Positions 53,448 to 64,000 of a DNA stretch of 64,000 nucleotides are shown one piece after another (position 1 is the stretch's first letter; each line of letters opens with the position of its first letter). The position numbers and the translations under genes are program-made. The notes beneath the pieces are model-generated. The model was not told the DNA's origin. It saw nothing but the letters and a program-made list of their open reading frames with translations, and searched no databases. This stretch comes from the human T2T-CHM13v2.0 reference genome, Homo sapiens. The stretch lies in assembly GCF_009914755.1 (NCBI RefSeq), contig NC_060934.1; one strand, given 5' to 3'.

Positions 53448-54081
53448 GTATATTCATTTCAGAATTTATCTTGGATATCTTTTCTATCCAGTACCTCATT
53501 CCTCTTAATTGCAACACAATGTTCCACAATATAGACATACCATCATTTACATTACTATTTTCCTGTTTCCAACTTTTTGCTATTAAAATGTTGCAAATAA
53601 TACCTCTGTCTAGACCTCTTTATATAGTTGTTTCTTCACATCTAAAGCAGATATAAAGAAATGGAATCACTTGAACAAACAGTAGGTTCATGCTCAATTG
53701 TTGCTGATACTGCCAATTTGTGTTCCAAAATGTCTGTATGATTTATTCTACCATCAGCTGTGTATAAGAGTACCTGTTTCCCTGGTCTTCTGCCAATTTC
53801 AATAATGAGAATAATAATATTTCGAAAAACATTAAGCAAATGTGTTTTTCCCTAAATTTCTTCCTTAAACCGTATTTCCTTGCAGACTTCCATCCCTAAG
53901 GCTGATATACATGGGGCTTAATATCCTAGGAAAGGGAGAGCAGGTCTGATGGAAGAAAGGCTCATCAATTCAGAAGCTCACACCTGATATTTCTGAATCA
54001 GAAGCAAATTTCTGAAACCTGTCTTTGTCAAGAGAGTTTTTTCACATCCTATTGATATTTTAAGAGCCAAGCCTAGAGAGT

Positions 54082-54530
54082 TACATTATCAGTTTGCTTT
54101 TGCTGCATGATAAACTACCCCAAAACATAATGGCTTTGAACAACCATTGATTTGATCTTGATTCTATGGACCGGTGATTGAGATGGGCCATAGCTAGGAA
54201 GACTTGCTTCTGTTCTGTGTTGTACCAGTGGGGCTCACTCATGCACTGAGATTTCCACTGGGAAAGGCGGGATGGCAGAGGCCCTCTCCACCTGCTGACA
54301 TCCTCCAAGAGGCTAGGCTATGCTCTTCACATAGTGACAAAGCATTCTTAGAAGCAAAGAAGGGCAAGTCTCAAGGCTCAGGCACTTTTGAAGCCTATGC
54401 TTGTATCCTTTGTCTGTAGCTCCATTGGCCAAAGTCACATGGCTCAGCCTAGATTTAAGGGTTGGGCAGACAGACCCTCATCTATGACAGGAGGAGCAGC
54501 AAAGATGCATACAAAAATTGTCACACCCAC
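54082..54530 (-). mobile_element. MLT1 (H/I-like) LTR
   Basis: gcttttgctgcatgataaactaccccaaaac...ccattggccaaagtcacatggc. Confidence 0.7.
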
Positions 54531-54693
54531 CGGGAATGTCATTTCACATGCCTCTACCCTAGACCTCCATGTCTCCAATCTTTCAGTCCTTCTGTTTCAG
54601 TCTGCTGGCAAACCAACCAGGCTATTCACCATTCCCGCGAGCTCTCGTAAATTCTCACCTTGGGCTACTTTTCTTTCTGCATAAAGTGGATGA

Positions 54694-54981
<288 letters not shown>

Positions 54982-54999
54982 TAATCTATCCATAAACCG

Positions 55000-56105
55000 A
55001 GTTCAGGCTTTTTCTCCTCTTTCAGCATCTCTTCCTTTGCCCTCTATGGCCAAATGTGTGAGTTGGAGGGGGAGATGATGGTACAGCTCTAAAGAAAAGG
55101 GGAGTCTGGGCTAGCTTCTCACACATCTTACTGTGCTGCTCAGGCTCAGTCACTGACATTGCATTTCCGTCTTCATATAGACGGCGGCTGGGACTCCCTG
55201 ACTCTGATTGGTGGGTTCAAGAGAACCCAGCTCAGGCCGGGCATGATGGCTCACAGCTGTAATCTCAGCACTTTGGGAGGCCGAGCAGGGAGGATCACTT
55301 GAGGTCAGGAGTTTGAGACCAGCCTCGCCAACATGGTGAAACCCCTTCTCTACTAAAAATATAAAACTTAGCTGGGCGTGGTGCGGGCGTCTGTAATCCC
55401 AGCTACTCAGGAGGTTGAGGCATGAGAACCACCTGAATCTGGGAGGCAGAGATTGCAGTGAGCCAAGATCGCACCCTGGATGACAGAGCAAGACTTGATC
55501 TCAAAAAAAAAAAAAAAAAAGAAGGAGAACCCAGCTCATAATGAGCATATTCGTGTTCATGGCCATGTAATGCTCCACAGTAAAGTGCTGCCTTGACTGG
55601 GGCCCATAGCACACCAGGAATTATTCTAGAAAGACAAAAGCACTCTTCCTCTGGAGCTTGCCATAAGCTCCACATGACATAACTTTCCAGCACTGACCTT
55701 TCCAAGGTCTTCCATATTGAATGGGCCAAGTGGCAGGACTGCCTGTAGTGCCACCTGGACTCACTGCAGAGCCCTTTTTGCTGCAGGATTCACTCAAAGC
55801 TGCCAGCCTTTCAGGTAACTCAGTATGTGAACTAGAGCTGTGTGCCCAGGTGTGGAATGGGAAGAGGCCTTCAGGGCTAGTACTTTCTTCTTGTGAGATG
55901 CAAGATGCAGCAATTTGTCTTTTAATCTGGACACCCAAAATCTTTACCTAAGTGGCAGTTCCATGAATATTCATAAAGATGATCTCCTGCCCTATGGAGC
56001 ACATGTGTCCTGCCAAGGCCTCCTGCTGTTAGCACCTCTTGCTCGTCCTGTCCAATCAACACATGTCCTCAGTGTAACAGATCCATTTTGTGTTCTACAG
56101 GATAA
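55000..56105 (-). mobile_element. Decayed ERV-L pol remnant
   Basis: Minus-strand peptides VKILGVQ, KDKLLHLA, VQVALQAVLPLGP, VMWSLWQAP, broken by stops and frameshifts. Confidence 0.75.
55235..55521 (+). mobile_element. AluS
   Basis: TSD GAGAACCCAGCTCA. Confidence 0.95.
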
Positions 56106-56452
<347 letters not shown>

Positions 56453-56829
56453 TGATTATATCGTGAGTTATCTAATAAATGTATTTAAAATATCAGCTAG
56501 GATTCAGTTTACCAAATGGGACTGATTTTAGTTTATTCCATACCAGCCCCCTGCAGTTATCAGATAAAAGGGAAGTTCCCCTAAGATAAAAAGAGCATTA
56601 TAGAAAATAATGGAGCTAAATTTTTTTCCTAGATGTCACCACACTTGATATTAGTAAAAAATTTTGTCAGTCTCTGGAGGAAAAATTGGATCTCTTTTGT
56701 TTTGTTTGCATTTCCTGACGGTAAGTTTGATGTTGTTTTGACATAATTATTGGCCTTTTATACTTCCTTTTCTGTGAACTACATACACTTATCCTTTGCC
56801 ATTTTTAATGGGTTATATTCCTTTTTCTT

Positions 56830-57200
56830 ATTAATTTAGTAATGTTAGTATTAAGTATATTAATCATTATAATTATTAGAATAATTAGAATAATGTAAAT
56901 ATAGTTATACTAATATATCAATTGTGCCTTTTATATTGATATATAATTCATTATAATGTATATAAAATAATGCATGTTATGCATATATCACTAATCTATA
57001 ATGCATGGGTTATGTAACAATTATGTATAACATTATGATTATATTAATTATAATGTATTGGTATAAATAGAAATTGATAATTTATAAATATAATTATATC
57101 TGGATTAATATAAGTAATATCACATTAATATAATAATTTATGTTAACTAATATTATCATATTGATCTATTATTAATATAATAATATAAAGAATATTAATT
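56830..57200. repeat. AT-rich low-complexity tract adjoining an old L1M fragment
   Basis: Very high AT content; L1-like ttctgtgaactac...atcctttgccatttt just upstream. Confidence 0.8.
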
Positions 57201-57360
57201 GATTCTTGTTATATATGTTGCTAAACGCCTTTCAATAGGAGTCAATATTCATCAACTTTGTTTACCTAACTTCTCAATGTTTGAATAAACTCTTTATCAT
57301 CTGGCTTTTGATCCACTACCCTCCTGATATTTCTCTAACAAAAGTCTTAAATGATCTTCA

Positions 57361-58900
<1,540 letters not shown>

Positions 58901-59850
58901 ATTTCCCCGGTGAAGGTGGTATGAAATTGATAGCCACAAATTGGATGTGTAGGAAAGGTAGCTTTCTTTATTTTCTGTAGTAAAACTCAACTAACTGTTG
59001 AGCCACGTAGCCATACATGACAGAAAACACATATTCTGGCCACCTAGGAATCCCTTCTGGAGTGAAACAGTCTCTTTTGAGTAAATATGCAGGCAATTTT
59101 AAGATCCTGTCAGTTTTCCTTTCAGCTGACTTCTTTCTGCACATAATCTAAGTTTCTGGGTGACTTTGGTAACATCTTGACATTAAAGAATGGAGTATCT
59201 GGACCATGAGTCTTTCTCCAAGTCTTTCTGGCCTCTGAAGAGGAAGGGACATACCACCTGGTTTTAGGTATTGAGGGCTGTCATCACTTGCTGATATCCA
59301 AGGCCCGTGACATGGCCTCTGGTGAAATCACTGGGTCCACTCGTTCTTCACCTTCATCCAGGCTGCTCCCTTCCCACCCTTATACCCTTCCTCTGAGCAT
59401 TTATGCCTCTAGTTTCTCCCTGGGCTCGGGAACTCTGACCTGTTGTTTCACATCATTGTGCAGGGTGCAGAACTCTACAGCACTGCAGTCAGGTCCATCT
59501 ACCTGGACAATGCCTCGAACCATGGTTCATGTGGGTCTCTCCTACAGGCTTGCCAACCCCCTGGAATGCAAAGCCCAGGCGCGTTTCTCTGGAGGGTGGG
59601 AGGGTGCTTCTTGGGCACCTAACTTACTCTCAACTTGTTTAATCCAACAAGTTTATTCCATTCAGCTCAGGAAGAACTGCTATTTTTTACCCACATTAGA
59701 GTTGATTGTTAATAAAATCTGTGTTCCCATCTTCTAGGCTCTGAATCTTTGATTTTTCTAAGGCATGCGTATTATCTCTCAATCAAAAATCAAACGTGTT
59801 CAGCTTTCAGACTGATACGGTAGCTAAGGAGTTCAAAAATCATATTTTGA

Positions 59851-60138
59851 GGCTGGGCTAAGTGGGTCACGCTTGTAATCTCAGCACTTTGAGGGGATCG
59901 TTTGAGGCCAGGAATTGAAGATCAGTCTGGACAATATAGTGAGATCTCATCTCTACAAAAAAAAAAAAAAAAAAAAAATTCAGCCATGTGTGATGGTGCA
60001 CGCCCGTAGTCCTAGCTACTCAGGAGGCTGAAGTGGGAGGATTGCTTGAACCCAGGAGTTCGAAGCTGAAGCAAGCTATGATTGCATCACTGTATTCCAG
60101 CCTGGTTGACAGAGTGAGACCCTGTCTCTAAAAACAAA
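59851..60138 (+). mobile_element. AluJ
   Basis: TSD AAAATCATATTTTGA. Confidence 0.93.
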
Positions 60139-60789
60139 ATCATATTTTGAAGCTCAAAGCTAAATAATGATTGCTTTTTGCTAGGCTGTATCCACCCTTC
60201 CCCTGGGGACAATGCATCATAGGAAGGCATTGCTGCTTTTTTATTGGTGGCTGGGGGATGGTAAAGCAAAAGAATAGAAAATGCAAGTTAACAGCAAAAC
60301 CTTTCCCTACAGCACTGCTTGTATTCCCCACAAAACCCTAAGCTCTCTGATGGCAGTGCCACATAAAGCTGGAATGCATGTGGCAGCCAGAAAATAACAG
60401 ATCCCTGGGATAAGAGATAGCAAAGGTCAGGGTATCAAAGCTATGATAAGGCCCCGGCTTATAAGGAGTTGTGGTAAACCCACATTTCATTCCCCAAAGC
60501 TTTCTCCTTTGTTCTCTACTATCAAGACTGGAAATGTTAAATTCATACTTAATTTTCTAGTTTCCTCTGCCACTAGAGTCAGTGGCAAGATTTTGTCAAT
60601 TAGACATGAAGTGAAAACTTCATGTGAAGTGTCTGGGTGAGTTTTTGCTTTCTGAATAAAAGAGACAGACACAGCTAATAACTAATCTCCTTTCTTCTTG
60701 CCTTCATCAACTGGCTAAATCCTCACATTGTCTTCTGACCTGTAGAAAAAGGATAGTTATGGTGGTAAGGGCCAAGTGGAAGCCCTTTG

Positions 60790-62400
60790 AGTTCTTCCTC
60801 CCTACAGAGAGAGTAAACAAAAAGCAATAACACATTCCTGAAGAATTGTAGTAATTGGTGTCTCCTTCAAAGTTTTGAACAATAAAGACATGGTTATACC
60901 TATGATATCCCCCATTACACTCAGTTGTAGAGTCTTTGCAGAAGAGAAACTTATCTTGGAAAAAGACAGTGGATTAACCCAAGCCTAATTAATAACTGAC
61001 TTTAATTACAGCTGCTTTTCTGGATATGATTTCCTTATGGTAGCAAGGCAGCACAGGCACAGGTATGTGGTATGTGCTGCTATGAATTTAGAAAATGCTT
61101 CCCCTTCTCCAATCAATAAACAGAGAAAACCAGAAACACTGTGCTTTTGCCTGGAAAGGACAGCAGGACACCTTCATGATCAGTCTCCTTTCCTCCCTTG
61201 CCTTATCCAAGGGAATTTTTTGAAAACTTGATATTCCTACCAACTATACATCCTGGTTATTCACTATTTTGATGACATTTATATGGGTGGACTGGAATTA
61301 GGAAGTTCCTTGGATGCCCAACCAAGATATATGCCTGCTAAAGTATGGGAGGAAAATCTCATGAAAATATGGACCTCCTACCCTTACAAAAGAAGCTCAA
61401 GGCCAGGTGTGGTGGCTCATAGCTGAAGTCCTAGTGCTTTGGGAGGCCAAGGCAGGAGGATTGCTTGAGGCCAGAAGTTTGAGAGCAGCCTGGGCAACAT
61501 AGCAAGACCCCATCTCTACAAAAAAAATTAAAAAATTATCTGGGTGTGGTAATATGCCTGTAGTCCTAACTACTGGGGAGGCTGAAGGGGGAGGATTACT
61601 TGAGCCCAGTAGTTTGAGGCTGCAGTGAGCTATAATCACACTGCTGCACTCCATCCTGGGCAACAGAGTGAGACCCTGTCTCAAAAAAATTTAAATTTAA
61701 ATTTAAAAAAGAAAGAAGCACAATACTTGATGGAATGTTGTGGATTTTGGAAGCTACCCATATTGCATTTTAGGTCTCTTTCTACAGCTCATATACTAAG
61801 TAAACTAAAATATTTTCTGTTGCCACCTTTGAGTAGGGCCCAGAGCAAGATAAGTCTGTATGGAGGCTGAAGCTAACCTTGACTGGAGAATAGGATTTTA
61901 AAGCAAGGCTATGCTGTATTGCATTAGTAACAATTTCCATTTTGGGAAACAGCTCTTGGCTTGCTACTGAACCCTGGTAGAAACTGAGTGCCTGGCTATG
62001 GGACATGAGGGGACAATGTGATTGAGCTGGCCATGACAAAATGGTTGTTTTCTGATTCACTTCTCTATACAGTTGAGATGCCCAGAAGCAGTCCATTATC
62101 AAGTGGAAGTGTCAGACACCTAATCCGGACTGAGCAGGTCCTGAAGACACAAACGAATTGCATAAACAGGTGACTTATCTTCCCAACCGGGCTATTCCTG
62201 TCCACTGCTACTTCAATCAATCTCAAAAGACGTAAGGCCTCACAGGGAGTTTATTATATCCTGTTAGCTGATGAGAAAAATTTGAACCTGGATTACAGAC
62301 GGGTCTAAATAACATGCTAGCACCAGCTGGAAAGACATGTCATGTTGCAGCCCTGCTATAGAATTTTGGTATAGACTCTGAACTGATCATCAATATATGG
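60790..62400 (+). mobile_element. Decayed ERV-L pol remnant (RT to RNase H)
   Basis: WKKTVD, FAWKGQQDTF, HYFDDI (61262-61279), KKEAQYLMECCGFW, KQLLACY*TLVETE, AQKQSIIKWK, WITDGS (62289-62306). Confidence 0.85.
61401..61715 (+). mobile_element. AluJ inside ERV-L pol
   Basis: TSD AAAGAAGC(T/A)CAA. Confidence 0.93.
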
Positions 62401-62424
62401 TACTGGTTTTTCCAAAACCAACAT

Positions 62425-62935
62425 ATAGTCAATCCTCATCATTCATAACTTCTGTGCTTGCAAATTTGCCTACTTGCTAAAATTTATTTATAACCCTAAA
62501 ATCAATACCAATGGCACTTTCATGGTTATTTGAGGACATGTGCAGAGGTGGCATGAAATGTCAGTTGCCCTCTGCATTTTGCCAGCTCAGGCTGAACAAG
62601 GCAATGTTTCTTGTTTCAGATCCCATACTATAAATAAGCATTATTTTCAATGTCTATTTAGTGCCATATTTCCCACTTTCTATGCTTTTTGTTGGTGATT
62701 CTGCTGTTTGAAATGGTCCCTAAGCATAATGCTAAAGTGCTGTCTAGTATTCCTAAAAACAGGAAGACTGTGGTGTGCCTTATGGAGAAAATGTATGTGT
62801 TAGATAAGCTTCATTCAGGCATAAGTTATAGTGCTGTTGGCTGTGAGTTCAATGTGAATGAATCAACAACACAATACATCCAGGAAAAGGAGAAAGAAAT
62901 GCACTGACCTATAAGTCAGGCCGCTCCAGTAATAA
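62425..62935 (+). mobile_element. TcMar-Tigger element (MER82-like)
   Basis: agtcaatcctcatcatt...gcctacttgctaaaatttatt...; ORF 62689-62907 VLDKLHSGISYSAVGCEFNVNEST resembles a Tigger HTH N-terminus. Confidence 0.8.
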
Positions 62936-62956
62936 ATTTATAGACACATTACCTAG

Positions 62957-62990
62957 TGGATTAGGGTTCTCTAGAAAAACAGAACCAATA

Positions 62991-63024
<34 letters not shown>

Positions 63025-63453
63025 TTGCTATATATATATAATGTAGCATATACATAATATATGTATCTCATATATAGCATATATAGTGTATATATACATA
63101 TATAAATATATATATGGAGAGAGAGTAATTTATTATAAGGAACTAGCAATGACCTAAGCTCTTTTTTAAAAATTTAATGGCTTAAATTCTAGTCCAAGCC
63201 CAAGGGCAAGAGACTACCAATGATCAAGCTTGAAGACAGTGAGGCAGAGATAGACAGTTCCTTCTTACTCAGCTTTTTATTCTATTCGGGCTTTTGACTG
63301 ATTAGATAGGACAATCTGCTTTACTCAGTCTACTGTTTCAAACATTAATCTCATCCAGAGAGACCCTCGCATACACTCCCAGAAATAATGCTTAACCAAA
63401 TATCTGGGCACCCCAAGGCCCAGTCAAGTTGACACATAAAATTAACCATCACA
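62957..63453 (-). mobile_element. MLT2 (ERVL) solo LTR containing (TA)n
   Basis: ttagggttctctagaaaaacagaaccaata...gttgacacataaaattaaccatcaca; TSD CCTAG/CCCAG. Confidence 0.9.
62994..63115. repeat. (TA)n microsatellite, imperfect
   Basis: Seen directly. Confidence 0.93.
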
Positions 63454-63699
63454 CCCAGGGGTATGAAAATGTGAAACTCTTCTGAGCTAGTGCTGGCTGG
63501 CTTTCACATTTCAAAAGGCAACAGAGCTTGAGAAACATTAAACTTGCAGGTGAGGCAGGTTCTGCAGATCAGGAGGCTGCAGATGAATTTTTTTAAATAT
63601 CTGCCAACTGTTATACAGGAAAGGGTTATGTACAAGAGTAGGCTTTCAATGCTAATGAGACTGGCTTGTTTTACAAGGACATTGGCAAACAAACCTATA

Positions 63700-64000
63700 T
63701 AATGCCTAGGGTGGCATTTTGTTTGGCAAAAATTTTATGACCAGAGGCTCACAGGAACATAACCTAGTCTTTCCTCTTGGAGCAACAGTTCATTATTTGC
63801 CAATTCAGCATTAGAAGAAACTTTATAGAATGTAACTACCATGAATAATTTGAATAAACTGTATATGAATGGGGAAGCAAGGAGTGGAAGTGAGAGTAGC
63901 TCCTCCACTTTTATACCTAAGGACCCCTCAATATTTATGTTGTAGTCTTCATGATTTTGGGCTCTGATTGTTTAGGAGTCAAAGACATATGGAATGAATT
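63700..64000 (+). mobile_element. ERV-L internal remnant (integrase/post-integrase region)
   Basis: gaagcaaggagtggaagtgagagtagctcctcc...atacctaaggacccc resembles ERV-L 3' pol. Confidence 0.45.

Noticed and set aside
55749-55762. Partial CTCF-like motifs here and near 5238, 13491 and 60570
   Set aside because: Each has two or more mismatches at core positions.
61262-61279. Domesticated or active reverse transcriptase suggested by the YFDD motif
   Set aside because: The surrounding frame is broken by stops, frameshifts, deletions and an Alu.

Overview
Simian primate (very likely human or another catarrhine; AluY is present) non-coding genomic DNA. I found no protein-coding exon, RNA gene, CpG island or CRISPR array that I can support, and the ORFs I could place derive from Alus, simple repeats or decayed transposons. 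The window is dominated by interspersed repeats. These include about 58 Alu copies or fragments (roughly a quarter of the sequence), L1/L2/MIR fragments, ERV1 solo LTRs (MER41B, MER4, MER57A, MER66, MER34/39 group), MaLR and ERVL LTRs (THE1, MLT1, MLT2, LTR33), DNA transposons (Tigger1, MER1A, MER20, MER30, MER33, MER45A, MER82-like) and several decayed ERV-L internal (gag/pol) remnants. The best candidates for function are cis-regulatory and sit in the 16-29 kb segment: a palindromic tandem STAT5-type GAS pair, a MER41B LTR with both GAS motifs intact, and two consensus CTCF motifs in the same orientation. I see no evidence of a new biological system. Repeat family names come from recalled consensus sequences, not a RepeatMasker run, and boundaries are approximate (about +/-10-30 bp unless a target-site duplication, TSD, is quoted).
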